Below, one piece after another: positions 6,785 to 15,731 of a stretch of 34,269 nucleotides of DNA (position 1 is its first letter; each line of letters starts with the position of its first letter). The position numbers were made by a program, and so were the translations under genes. A model generated the notes under the pieces. That model made no database searches and was not told the origin of the DNA. It saw only the letters and a program-made list of their open reading frames with translations. The DNA comes from an uncultured Dehalococcoidia bacterium (GTDB lineage: Bacteria; Chloroflexota; Dehalococcoidia; SHYD01), in assembly GCA_964590215.1 (NCBI GenBank), contig CAZPYZ010000001.1, positions 1 to 34,269 on the forward strand. Reading direction: 5' to 3'.

Positions 6785-6821
6785 CTCTTAGCAGGGGCTG
6801 GAGGCTACTCGCTGACAGCCA

Positions 6822-7343
6822 ATGATCATCCTGATCGTCTACGACGAGCGTGCCCGTGCGATGAGTCAACTCGCACAGGCGATCGCTGAAGGGGCAGAAT
6901 CGGTACCCGGTGTGGAAGCCCGAACGCGGGCCCTGGGCGACGCAAGGATCGAGGAGGTGGGAGAGGCCGATGGGCTGGTGCTTGGGTCTCCAAACTGGAG
7001 CGGGATGTCGGCCAGGATGAAGGAGTTCCTGGATCAGGGCGAGGACTACTGGGAATACCAGCTTCTGGCCGGGCGGGTCGGAGCGGCCTTCGCCTGCGCC
7101 CGATCTCGGTCGGCCGGCAACGAGATCACGCTGCTGCAGCTCTGGCACGTGATGCTGGCCAACGGCATGATCTGCGTGGGGGTCCCGTGGAGCAGCGCCA
7201 TGCGTTCGAGTTCCAACTCCTACTACGGGCCGATCGCCGTGGGCCCCGCAACCGTAGATGACCTGGAGGCAGCCCGGGTTCTCGGGCGGCGGGTCGCCGA
7301 AACCGCGCGGCGGCTTAACATCGCCAAGGAGGGAGTCTTGTAA
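6822..7343 (+). CDS. flavodoxin-like fold NAD(P)H-dependent oxidoreductase (WrbA-like)
   Basis: MIILIVYDERARAMSQLAQAIAEGAESVPGVEA...ADGLVLGSPNWSGMSARMKEFLD matches the WrbA/flavodoxin-like pattern. Confidence 0.7.
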   Translation: MIILIVYDERARAMSQLAQAIAEGAESVPGVEARTRALGDARIEEVGEADGLVLGSPNWSGMSARMKEFLDQGEDYWEYQLLAGRVGAAFACARSRSAGNEITLLQLWHVMLANGMICVGVPWSSAMRSSSNSYYGPIAVGPATVDDLEAARVLGRRVAETARRLNIAKEGVL

Positions 7344-7345
7344 CG

Positions 7346-8440
7346 ATGGCTGACTGTCGGGCCGCCGTGATAACGGCTCACCACAAACCTCTCGAGATCC
7401 TGCCGGTGCCCATACCGGAGCTGGAGTCCGGCGCGCTGCTGGTTCGTGTCGAGACCGCCACGCTCTGCGGCACGGACATCCACCGCTGGCATGGGCCCCT
7501 CCAACCTCCGGATTCCTTGCCCTTCATCACCGGTCACGAGGCGTGCGGCGCTATCGAGGCCATCAGCGGTTCCCGCACGGACTTGTTGGACCAGCCCCTC
7601 AACCTGGGTGACCGCATCGTGTGGGCCTACCCCTACTGTGGCCACTCCTATTGGTGCACGGTGGCGCTCCAGCCCTGTATCTGTCCGCACCGCCAGTCGT
7701 GGGGCCATAACCGCAGCGACCAGTACCCCTATCTCTTGGGCGGCTGCGCCGAGTACCAGTACGTCCCGCCGGAGTGCCAGATCGTCCGGGTGCCGGAGGG
7801 AGTCACGTCGGCCTCCGCAGCTGCGGCGGCCTGCGCCTACCGCACCGTGATGAACGGCTTCGAGAAGCTTGGTGCGGTGGCGAACCACGAGACGGTGGTG
7901 GTCCAGGGTGCTGGGCCGCTGGGCATCTTCGCCACTGCGGTGGCTCGGGAGCGGGGCGCAAACCAGGTCCTGGTCATCGGGGCGCCGGAGGGCCGGCTGG
8001 TGGTCGCCAGGGAGCTTGGGGCGGACGCCACCCTGAACCTGGAGGAGGTGACTGATCCCGCGGATCGCCGGAAATGGGTGCGGGACCGCAGCAGCGGGCG
8101 GGGGGCCGACGTGGTCATCCAGGTCGCCAATGCCCTGGCCGTTCCCGAGGGGATCACCCTGTTGCGGCAGGGGGGCCGTTACGTCTCCATCGGCGGCGGT
8201 GGTAAGGCCACCATTCCGGTCGAGAGCTTCCCGCGTGAGGTGACCTTCCGGACCATCCAGTCGGGCGAGCCGCGCCATTGGTACCAGGCCCTGGAGTTCC
8301 TCGCCTCCCGGCGCTCCCGCTACCCCTTCGATAAGATGATCAGCGCAAGCTACGGGCTCGAAGGGATCAACGAGGCGATGGCGGCGATGGCGGCGTACAG
8401 GGTTGTTAAGGCCGCTATTTATCCTCATGGCCTTCCCTGA
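7346..8440 (+). CDS. zinc-dependent medium-chain alcohol dehydrogenase family protein
   Basis: 364 aa. Contains TLCGTDIH, GHEACG, a Cys-rich structural-zinc segment (CGHSYWCTVALQPCIC) and the Rossmann motif VVVQGAGPLG. SD GGAGGGAG lies upstream. Confidence 0.85.
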   Translation: MADCRAAVITAHHKPLEILPVPIPELESGALLVRVETATLCGTDIHRWHGPLQPPDSLPFITGHEACGAIEAISGSRTDLLDQPLNLGDRIVWAYPYCGHSYWCTVALQPCICPHRQSWGHNRSDQYPYLLGGCAEYQYVPPECQIVRVPEGVTSASAAAAACAYRTVMNGFEKLGAVANHETVVVQGAGPLGIFATAVARERGANQVLVIGAPEGRLVVARELGADATLNLEEVTDPADRRKWVRDRSSGRGADVVIQVANALAVPEGITLLRQGGRYVSIGGGGKATIPVESFPREVTFRTIQSGEPRHWYQALEFLASRRSRYPFDKMISASYGLEGINEAMAAMAAYRVVKAAIYPHGLP

Positions 8441-9050
8441 TTCGAGCGCTGCCCCGGAGGGGGAAGGGCTCGTCATTAACCTTTGGGGGCAGAAGGTCGC
8501 CCTGGGGCCGCTGCGCCGCGACCTCGTCCCCCTCTACCAAAGGTGGCTCAACGACTTTGAGGTGGTCCGCACCCTCAACCTGGGCATCAGGCCCAGGCCA
8601 ATGGAAACAGAGGAAGCCTGGTATCAGTCGGCCATCTTCGGCGAGGACGTCAACTTCACCATTTACGAGCGGGCCGGCTTGAGGCCTATCGGCATCACGG
8701 ACCTGCACCGGATCGCCCAGATCGACCGGCGTGCGGAGTTTGGGATCCACATCGGTGAGAAGGAATACTGGAGCCGTGGCTACGGAACGGAGGCTACCGT
8801 CCTGATGCTGGACTACGCCTTCCATGCCCTGAACCTTCACACCGTCCTGCTGCGGGTCTTCAGTTACAACCGCAGGGCGATCACGGCCTACGAGAGAGCC
8901 GGGTTCAAAAACGCCGGCCGCTGGCGCGGCGGGCACCGGGTCGCGGGAGAGGCCCATGACGTGATCTTCATGGACTGCATCGCCTCCGAGTTCAAGAGCC
9001 CCGTGATGCGCCGCCTCCTGTTGGGAGATGCAACGCTGCCTCCCCAATAA
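8427..9050 (+). CDS. GNAT family N-acetyltransferase (RimJ/RimL-like)
   Basis: LRPIGITDL...AEFGIHIGEKEYWSRGYGTEATVLMLDYAF..LNLHTVLLRVFSYNRRAITAYERAGF is a typical acetyl-CoA-binding core. The start is uncertain (ATG 8427, or the track start 8403). Either one overlaps the ADH 3' end. Confidence 0.8.
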   Translation: MAFPDSSAAPEGEGLVINLWGQKVALGPLRRDLVPLYQRWLNDFEVVRTLNLGIRPRPMETEEAWYQSAIFGEDVNFTIYERAGLRPIGITDLHRIAQIDRRAEFGIHIGEKEYWSRGYGTEATVLMLDYAFHALNLHTVLLRVFSYNRRAITAYERAGFKNAGRWRGGHRVAGEAHDVIFMDCIASEFKSPVMRRLLLGDATLPPQ

Positions 9051-9095
9051 CCACTCTCTTAGCGCCAGGTTTCTGAATCCCAAGGAGAAATGCCT

Positions 9096-9899
9096 ATGCC
9101 CGGGCAAGTCGCCGCGCTGTATCGTTACCCCTTGAAGAGCGGGACTCCCGAATCCCGGGACTTTCTGGAGCTGTTGCCCAACGGGCGAGTGGCCGGCGAC
9201 CGGGTGCTGGCCTTACGGTTCGCCGATACAGAGCTGGCCGGCGATGAGTGGGGTCCAAAGCAAGGGATGCTGGTCCTCATGAACACGCCGTCCCTGGCCC
9301 GCCTGAAGGTTCGCTTCGACGACGCCGCTCAGCGGCTGTCCATCACACTGGACGCGAAAACTCTCGCAGACGAACCCTTGAACGCCCAGGGGCGGCGGCG
9401 CATCGCCGATGCGATCGCTGAGTATGCCCTCGCCCAGGAAGAGAACCCCCTGAAGGGCCACCCGGAGCGGCTGCCTCTGCGTCTCATCGGTGACGGGAAG
9501 ACGCCGCGGTACTTCGATGCGAACGACCTGACCGCGCCGGAGGTCACCATGCACAGCCGGGCGAGTCTGCGTGCCCTTGGTGAAGCACTCGGATCCTCGA
9601 ATTTCGACGAGCGACGCTTTCGTTCGAACATCGCGGTCGAAGGGACGCAAGCGTGGGAGGACCTCGACTGGGTGGGGAAGCGGATACGTATCGGAGCGCT
9701 GGAGTTCATGATCCCGCGCCCCAAGCCGAGGTGTCTGGCGACCCACGCCAATCCATCTACGGGGCTCCGGGACCTCCAGGTGTTGACAACCCTCACCCAC
9801 ACCTTCGGCCAGGAGCGCCCGAGCTTTGCCGTTGCGATGGTGGCGCTCAACGGGCCAGGAATGATACGGGTGGGTGATCTAGTGGAGGTAGTACCATGA
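9096..9899 (+). CDS. MOSC domain-containing protein (YcbX-like, N-terminal beta-barrel + MOSC)
   Basis: VAALYRYPLKSG at the N-terminus, and a C-terminal region with RFRSNI, PRPKPRCLATHANP (conserved Cys) and IRVGD. I preferred the second ATG (9096) because AAGGAG at 9082-9087 is only 2 nt from ATG 9090. Confidence 0.8.
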   Translation: MPGQVAALYRYPLKSGTPESRDFLELLPNGRVAGDRVLALRFADTELAGDEWGPKQGMLVLMNTPSLARLKVRFDDAAQRLSITLDAKTLADEPLNAQGRRRIADAIAEYALAQEENPLKGHPERLPLRLIGDGKTPRYFDANDLTAPEVTMHSRASLRALGEALGSSNFDERRFRSNIAVEGTQAWEDLDWVGKRIRIGALEFMIPRPKPRCLATHANPSTGLRDLQVLTTLTHTFGQERPSFAVAMVALNGPGMIRVGDLVEVVP

Positions 9900-9925
9900 C
9901 CTCAACGCCGTTACGGAGCTGACGC

Positions 9926-10318
9926 ATGAGCACGTTTCGAGTCCCGCTCCGGTTCGCCGTTCCCGCTGCAATAGGCAACCCCCAGACCGATCAGTGGGAA
10001 GAGGTCGAGGCCCTGGTCGACACCGGCTCCACCTTCACCACCCTCCCGCGGACCCTTCTTGAACGGCTGGGCATCGATCCCGGACGCAGAGAACCCTTTG
10101 AGCTCGCCGATGGCAGTGTGGTCGAGTCGGAGGTCGGCGAGGCCCGCGTCCGGGTCGAGGGGAAAGAAGTCACCACTCCGGTGATCTTCGGCGAGCCAGC
10201 CGAGTCCGTACTCCTGGGTGCCGTCACCCTGGAGGCGTGCCTCCTCGCGGTCGACCCCGTCCATGAGCGTCTAGTCCCCGTGCAGGGCCTCAGGGTCATC
10301 AGACTTCGTGCCACCTAG
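9926..10318 (+). CDS. retropepsin-like (clan AA) aspartyl protease, single domain
   Basis: 130 aa. It has the ALVDTGSTFTTLP catalytic DTG signature, a later LLG..TLE segment, and a size consistent with a homodimeric retropepsin fold. Confidence 0.7.
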   Translation: MSTFRVPLRFAVPAAIGNPQTDQWEEVEALVDTGSTFTTLPRTLLERLGIDPGRREPFELADGSVVESEVGEARVRVEGKEVTTPVIFGEPAESVLLGAVTLEACLLAVDPVHERLVPVQGLRVIRLRAT

Positions 10319-10339
10319 AGTTCGAATAGCCTGCCCTCG

Positions 10340-12526
10340 CTACGGGCTCACAAACCTCCAGGCCGGGGTCCAAGGCAGCGGCTTCTCCTCCCCCGCTCGC
10401 CGCACCCGCCAGTAATAGACGGTCCCGGGGGCTAAGGGATAGCGCTCGGGGATACGGTAGCTGAAGGGTGGGTTGGTGAGCCGCCCGTCGATCGACTCAT
10501 GGTAGAGGAAAGTGCGTCCAAACCACGGGTCGCGGGAAACCTGGATCTCGAACAGGGGGCCCGGGGTCCCTTGCGGCTCCCAGAGGAGCAGAGGAAACCG
10601 CTCCAATGTCTGGGCACCATCGGGAGGTTGGAGAAGGGACACCTTCGGCCGGTAATGGCGGTGAAACTCCGCGACTACCAGCGGGTCCGCCGGCCCAGCC
10701 GGCTCCAGGCGAAAGGCTAGCACTGCATCGTCGTCCCATACCACCCGCTGGCGAAAAACTTGTTCGAAGTACTCTCGCAGCATCAATAGGCTCACCTGGT
10801 TGTAGTAGTCCTTGTGGAGGACCGCGTAGCGAAGGTTTAGGTCGCGCATGGTGCGCGTAAATACGGCCGGGTCGAGGTCCTCGGGAGAGGGTGGGCTGGC
10901 CTCAGGATTGGCGAGCCATCGGACGACGGGCCAGCGCTGGTAGAACTCCAGCAGGTCACTCGAGCCTCTAGCGACATGCCCGTATAAGATGGGTTTACCG
11001 TGCACCACCTGGTAGTACTGCAGCAGTTGGTCACCCCGGCCTAGGGACCCCCCCCGAGGCCCTGCCTCCAGGAGCATCGGCAGCAGCATGAGGCCGAATT
11101 CACCAGGCTCTTGGGCAAGCGCCTGATAGAACGCCGGGACCTCGACGGAGCGGAGAGGCACGGGCGCGACAGCGTAATCGGCGGCGATCGCGATCATCGC
11201 TAGGGCCGCTACAAGGGTGAGCTTCAGGGCGCCCGCCCTCCGAAATGAAGCCAGCCCTACCAGCCGCCGGAAGCCGAAGGCCACCACGACCCCGAGGGCG
11301 AGGTACACCAGAGCTGCAAAGCGCGCGGGGACGCGGCTGGAGCCCACGTACGGTACCTGCTCAAGGATGGCATAGGGCAGGGGAAGGCCAAGGCTCGAGC
11401 CCGCGACCCGGAGCTGTGGCCCGAGGGACAGGAGAGCGAACACAGTCAGCGTGACCAGCCAAAAGCCGCATCCGAAGGATGATGGCGGAGATGAGACAAC
11501 CTCACCTCCCACCGGACCGGCCGACCGAGCTGTTTCTGGAGTAGCCCGAACCAACCATGCTGCGCCAGCCAGCCCAAGAACCACCCAGCCGACGTACGCC
11601 GTGCCCTCGATGCCACCCACGCCTTGGAAATTCGGTGACTCGAATAGAGGTGGACCCGAGCCACCCCAACGAACGGCGCTCGGGAGAAAGAACCCCAACA
11701 GATCGGCACTGAAGTAACCGGGGTCTGTCGGGTTCCCCGCCACAGGATTCTCACCCCCGGCCACCGCCTGCATTACGGGTCCCAGCAGGGGACCGAAGAC
11801 GGCCAGCCAGGCCGCGAGGCCCGCGCACCACGCTCGCCACGGGTAACGAGACACCGGTATTGCCGCCCGGGCGTGGCGTCCCCTTGGCAGCCGGATTTGC
11901 CAATACACCCCTGCCAGTGTTCCCCAGAGAAGCGCGAATACGCCGTACTGGTAGTCCAGCAAGGACGCGGTCCCGAGGAGGGCCCCCGCGGCGAATCCCC
12001 AGCGAGCGCCACCCGTCTGCACGGCCCGGATGAAGCAGAGGGCAAAGAACGGTAACGGCCAGGCCGCCACAAGGTTGAGGTGCCCCCACAGGTGCACCAG
12101 CAGGTAGGGGCTGAAACCAAACACCGTCCCTGCCACCAGCGCAGCCCGGGAGTCACCGGTGAGGTGCATCGCAAGCAGGCAGCAACCCCAGGCGGCGAGG
12201 ATCAAGGAGCCCATAAGCAGGAGGTTGTAGGCGGTCACCACCCCGCCCGCGACCTGGATGGGGTAGGACAGGAGCCCGTACAGCGGAGCGAGGGTATCGA
12301 AGACGAGGCTAACCCCCTGGGGGTGGAAGAGCAGGTCGGTGTGCCAGGGGGAGGCAGCTCGTGAGACAAGGGCGTGGGGTACCCACCAGAGTCTCCAGAG
12401 GAAGTTCGGGCCGTCACCGCCGGTTCCCGGGATGTGGGTGCTTAAGTGCCCCGCGAGGGGCCAGGTCATAACGAGAGCCAAGATCGAGTAGACGACCGGG
12501 GGCAAGCACCAGTGGAGGCGCATCAT
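10340..12526 (-). CDS. large polytopic membrane protein with C-terminal soluble domain (GT-C-like, family not recognised)
   Basis: 728 aa. About 470 N-terminal residues carry many hydrophobic helices (LALVMTWPLAGHLSTHIPGTGGDGPNFLWRLWWVPHAL...). About 250 C-terminal residues are hydrophilic. The start ATG overlaps the yfhO stop (ATGA at 12523-12526). Confidence 0.7.
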   Translation of the reverse strand: MMRLHWCLPPVVYSILALVMTWPLAGHLSTHIPGTGGDGPNFLWRLWWVPHALVSRAASPWHTDLLFHPQGVSLVFDTLAPLYGLLSYPIQVAGGVVTAYNLLLMGSLILAAWGCCLLAMHLTGDSRAALVAGTVFGFSPYLLVHLWGHLNLVAAWPLPFFALCFIRAVQTGGARWGFAAGALLGTASLLDYQYGVFALLWGTLAGVYWQIRLPRGRHARAAIPVSRYPWRAWCAGLAAWLAVFGPLLGPVMQAVAGGENPVAGNPTDPGYFSADLLGFFLPSAVRWGGSGPPLFESPNFQGVGGIEGTAYVGWVVLGLAGAAWLVRATPETARSAGPVGGEVVSSPPSSFGCGFWLVTLTVFALLSLGPQLRVAGSSLGLPLPYAILEQVPYVGSSRVPARFAALVYLALGVVVAFGFRRLVGLASFRRAGALKLTLVAALAMIAIAADYAVAPVPLRSVEVPAFYQALAQEPGEFGLMLLPMLLEAGPRGGSLGRGDQLLQYYQVVHGKPILYGHVARGSSDLLEFYQRWPVVRWLANPEASPPSPEDLDPAVFTRTMRDLNLRYAVLHKDYYNQVSLLMLREYFEQVFRQRVVWDDDAVLAFRLEPAGPADPLVVAEFHRHYRPKVSLLQPPDGAQTLERFPLLLWEPQGTPGPLFEIQVSRDPWFGRTFLYHESIDGRLTNPPFSYRIPERYPLAPGTVYYWRVRRAGEEKPLPWTPAWRFVSP

Positions 12527-15351
12527 CGCCGCCGCTTGGCGAGGATCGCTACGGCGGTTATGAGCCCGGCCCCGCTGACAAGGGACAGCCCAACACCCAG
12601 GCGGAAAGAGTCCGGCTCATAGGAAAACACCACCGAATGGGACCCAGCCGGAACAGGCACAGCCCTCAATAGAGACCTCCACTCCACCACTTCCGAAGCG
12701 CTGCCGTCCGTCCAGGCTTTCCATCCCGGATAGTAGCTGTCGGCTAACACCAGCAACGCTTGGCTCTCGCTAAAGACGTCAAGCGCGACTCTACCGGGGC
12801 CATAGTGCACGAGGTCCACTCTCCCACCCGCAGTGACCGTCTGGTTATCGAGAAACGCCTTTGGGCCCGCTTGGATCTCATACACCTTCACGTCGCCGGT
12901 GTGGACCCGGGACACCCGAGCGTCCGCCGGCGGGCTGTCGCTGGCGCGGGTTCGACGGTCCACGAAGGCTACTCCTGCCAGGGTGAAGGACCCACTCGCC
13001 TGAACAGCTTCGACGGTCAGGCGCCGGAGGTCCATTGGAGCCTCCAGCTCTCGCCACGCCCCATACACGCCGCTCTCCGGGTCCTTGCGCCGATCACTCA
13101 CCCGTCTCGCGGCCGCGTGCTCGGCTCCAGCGAGCCGGGCCCCGTTCGACTCCGCGGTCTCGATACCGGCCCGGAGTGTCCATTCGGCACGCTCACCAAC
13201 TCCCCCTTCAAGGACGACCTGAGCCACCCGCGCCCCCTGGGGCAACGACTGCGCGCCCTCCAGGTAGGTGGCCAGGCTCACTGCGGTCACCGGCTCGGAG
13301 CTGAGTCTGTCCAAGACCACCCTCTCCCCTGGTACAAGCGTCCGTGGGGCACCAAGGTCGTGATAAAACCCGTCGACCCAGGCGTCCCAGAGCCTGTCCG
13401 CGATGACATACCTCACGTTCAGGCGGGCCAGCAAGAGGGGGTCCGGAACGTGCATGGCCCGATCCCGGATCATCACCAGCTCCTCGCCCTCCATTTCGTC
13501 AGGGTTGTCCGCCACCGGTGCGCCGGCCGTGCTCAGTAGCTCGGCTTTCATCGCGGCATAGCGCTTCAGAGGCAGGAGCCCGCCGTCATATCCGTCAAGG
13601 GTAGCGATGCCGAAGCGCAGGGGAATGTTAGGCGTCAGGGTTTCTAGATACTTGCTTGCCGCAACGAATTCCTGGAGCCGAGCTGAGGAAAACTCAGGGA
13701 GGGCCGCTCGGAGCTCCTCCATGTCTCCTGGTTCGTACCCAGGGTCTGCAATGCTGAGCACTCGGTATGAGCCAGGATCCTGGAGGATGTGGGCCAGGGC
13801 TGGCCGAATCGACGGGTAGGCGGCTGGGGGAGCCGGGTTGGCAATCGGCAGGGGAGACCGGGCGAAGAACAACTCGGTCAGGACCAAGACGGAAATGGCC
13901 GCCGCGGAGATTCCTCGCTTGCCGAGCAAGGCCAGCACGAGGCACCCGATGGCCATAGTCAGGGCCACCGCCCAGGAGAGAAAGGAGGCCGGCGGCGGAA
14001 GTGTGAGCCCGCCGGTCACTCGGATGGCTAGGGTGAGGCCAGCCGCGAGGACAAGAAGGACGACGCCGACGGCTGTACGCCGTGGGTTCGCCTGGCCTCG
14101 AAATCCCAGCACCGCCTCGGCCCCCATGCCGGCAAGGCCGGCCACTCCAAAACCGTAGAGGAGCAGCCACCGCGATGGCGCACGGAAGAGGTCGAAACCG
14201 GGCACGTAGTCGTAGAACAACTGATAGAACGGATTGAACCGGCCCCAGGCCAAAAACCAGCCGGTGAAGGCGATGAGAGCAAAGAGGTACGCGATTCTGG
14301 CGGGGCGACCCAGCCAGAAGCCCAGCCAGGCCACGAGCAGGGCCACGACACCGACGTAGGCGACGTACTCGCTGGCCGGCTGGTCCCCATAGGTGGGGAG
14401 GAAAGCACGCACGAACTCCGGGGGCGGAAGCGAGAAGGAGACCGCAGAGGCGTAGCTGAGGCCGCCAGAGCGCACCGACTCACGGGCAAGCTCCAGAGTT
14501 GGAAGGACCTGCGCCGCGGCAACGCCCAGGCCCAGAAGGACGATAAGAGCCAAGTGGACAACCGGAACGGCACGGCCCAGAAGCGGCTGGGCCGCTCCGC
14601 CGTCATTCGGGACCCCAGCGAAGAACCCGTTGGCGGCGGAAACCCTTCCTGAAAGGGCCTTCCCTCCCGTCACGATGGCATACCCCGCGACCAGCGCCAA
14701 CCCGCCAGACGTGATGAACACCTGTTGTGGGTGGCCGGCTAGGAACTGAAGGGCGTACAGACAGGCGCCAGCCAGAGCCCACCTCCAGCTGCTCGGTTTT
14801 CCAGCCTTCAGTAGCGCTAGCACGAGCCAGGGGAGCCAGGCGGCCGCCTGCACCTGGTTTATGTGCCCGGCTTGCGCGGCCAAGAGGCCGCCGAGAGCGA
14901 AGACAACTGCCCCTAGTCCGGCGGCCAAAGCCCCGCACGAGACCCCTGACCTCATCAGGGCATAGAGTCCGGCTCCCGCGATCCACAGATGGACGAGGTA
15001 GGACCAAGCCACCGCCCGAGGAGCACTCAGCCAGGAAAAGGGCCAGTTAAGAGGGTAGAGGACCCCTGCCTGAGGGTTGGCGAGGAAAGGCACGCCGGTG
15101 AACAGGTAAGGGTTCCACAGGGGTAGGCGTCCTTCTCGGAAGGCCGCGGCACGGTGCTCCCAGTAGGGATAGAAATACGCAAAGAGATCGAAGTCGGTGA
15201 GAACGCTCTCGGTGAAGACTAAGGGAGCATGGAAGCCGAGGATGAGGCCCGCGAGGACCGCCATGGCAATGGCGTCCTTTGACCATCTCATTTGGAAGAG
15301 TGCCGCCACGAAAACGGACAGCCGTCGGGTTGCGTGGGCGCCCCTAGTCAC
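12523..15351 (-). CDS. YfhO family membrane protein (GT-C-type glycosyltransferase candidate)
   Basis: 942 aa. Contains FAYFYPYWEHRAAAFREGRLPLWNPYLFTGVPFLANPQAGVLYPLNWPF, the hallmark YfhO N-terminal motif. It also has many TM helices, a large extracytoplasmic C-terminal region and a terminal TM anchor followed by KRRR. The GTG start overlaps the ykgJ-like stop (GTGA at 15348-15351). Confidence 0.85.
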   Translation of the reverse strand: MTRGAHATRRLSVFVAALFQMRWSKDAIAMAVLAGLILGFHAPLVFTESVLTDFDLFAYFYPYWEHRAAAFREGRLPLWNPYLFTGVPFLANPQAGVLYPLNWPFSWLSAPRAVAWSYLVHLWIAGAGLYALMRSGVSCGALAAGLGAVVFALGGLLAAQAGHINQVQAAAWLPWLVLALLKAGKPSSWRWALAGACLYALQFLAGHPQQVFITSGGLALVAGYAIVTGGKALSGRVSAANGFFAGVPNDGGAAQPLLGRAVPVVHLALIVLLGLGVAAAQVLPTLELARESVRSGGLSYASAVSFSLPPPEFVRAFLPTYGDQPASEYVAYVGVVALLVAWLGFWLGRPARIAYLFALIAFTGWFLAWGRFNPFYQLFYDYVPGFDLFRAPSRWLLLYGFGVAGLAGMGAEAVLGFRGQANPRRTAVGVVLLVLAAGLTLAIRVTGGLTLPPPASFLSWAVALTMAIGCLVLALLGKRGISAAAISVLVLTELFFARSPLPIANPAPPAAYPSIRPALAHILQDPGSYRVLSIADPGYEPGDMEELRAALPEFSSARLQEFVAASKYLETLTPNIPLRFGIATLDGYDGGLLPLKRYAAMKAELLSTAGAPVADNPDEMEGEELVMIRDRAMHVPDPLLLARLNVRYVIADRLWDAWVDGFYHDLGAPRTLVPGERVVLDRLSSEPVTAVSLATYLEGAQSLPQGARVAQVVLEGGVGERAEWTLRAGIETAESNGARLAGAEHAAARRVSDRRKDPESGVYGAWRELEAPMDLRRLTVEAVQASGSFTLAGVAFVDRRTRASDSPPADARVSRVHTGDVKVYEIQAGPKAFLDNQTVTAGGRVDLVHYGPGRVALDVFSESQALLVLADSYYPGWKAWTDGSASEVVEWRSLLRAVPVPAGSHSVVFSYEPDSFRLGVGLSLVSGAGLITAVAILAKRRR

Positions 15352-15731
15352 TCACTCCTTCTCCCATGAGGGAGGGGCGACAGCAGTTTCTCGGCTGCGC
15401 CAAAACGTTTCCAACTCAGGGCGCACCACTCGAGCAGGTCTGTCGGGAATGCGCGGCAGTGGACCGGGCGATCGGTGTAGATACGGCAGAGGTTGTTCTT
15501 GTTGAGAAAGGTGCACGGACGGGCCTGCATGATGAAGCCTACAGTCTCGCTGTGAATGATGTCCGGGGGAGGGACCTGGAGGGTTCGGGCCAGGCTACCG
15601 AGGTGGTAGACCTCGGCGAGGGTGAGGGGCACCGCACTCGCCTTGCAACACCGGGCGCCGCACTCTTGCGAGCATATGGTCTTGTCTGACCGGCTCAACT
15701 TGGGCAGGCGAGGTACCCGACCCTGTCTCAC
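15348..15731 (-). CDS. YkgJ family cysteine-cluster protein (CxxCxxCC zinc/iron-chelating domain)
   Basis: Contains ICSQECGARCCK and ...PCTFLNKNNLCRIYTDRPVHCRAFP, the bipartite Cys pattern of the YkgJ/UPF0153 family. I placed the start at GTG 15731-15729, which overlaps the GT2 stop TGA 15730-15728 (GTGA), with GGTGG 5 nt upstream. The track ORF extends to 15785. Confidence 0.7.
   Translation of the reverse strand: MRQGRVPRLPKLSRSDKTICSQECGARCCKASAVPLTLAEVYHLGSLARTLQVPPPDIIHSETVGFIMQARPCTFLNKNNLCRIYTDRPVHCRAFPTDLLEWCALSWKRFGAAEKLLSPLPHGRRSE

Noticed and set aside
7223-8476. 417-aa minus-strand ORF antisense to the Zn-ADH gene
   Set aside because: A high-GC shadow ORF with no recognisable motifs. 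The plus-strand ADH has complete catalytic, structural-zinc and Rossmann signatures.
10320-10327. GTTCGAAT (T-loop-like) just after the aspartyl protease stop
   Set aside because: An isolated octamer in a 21-bp convergent spacer. No other tRNA elements are present.
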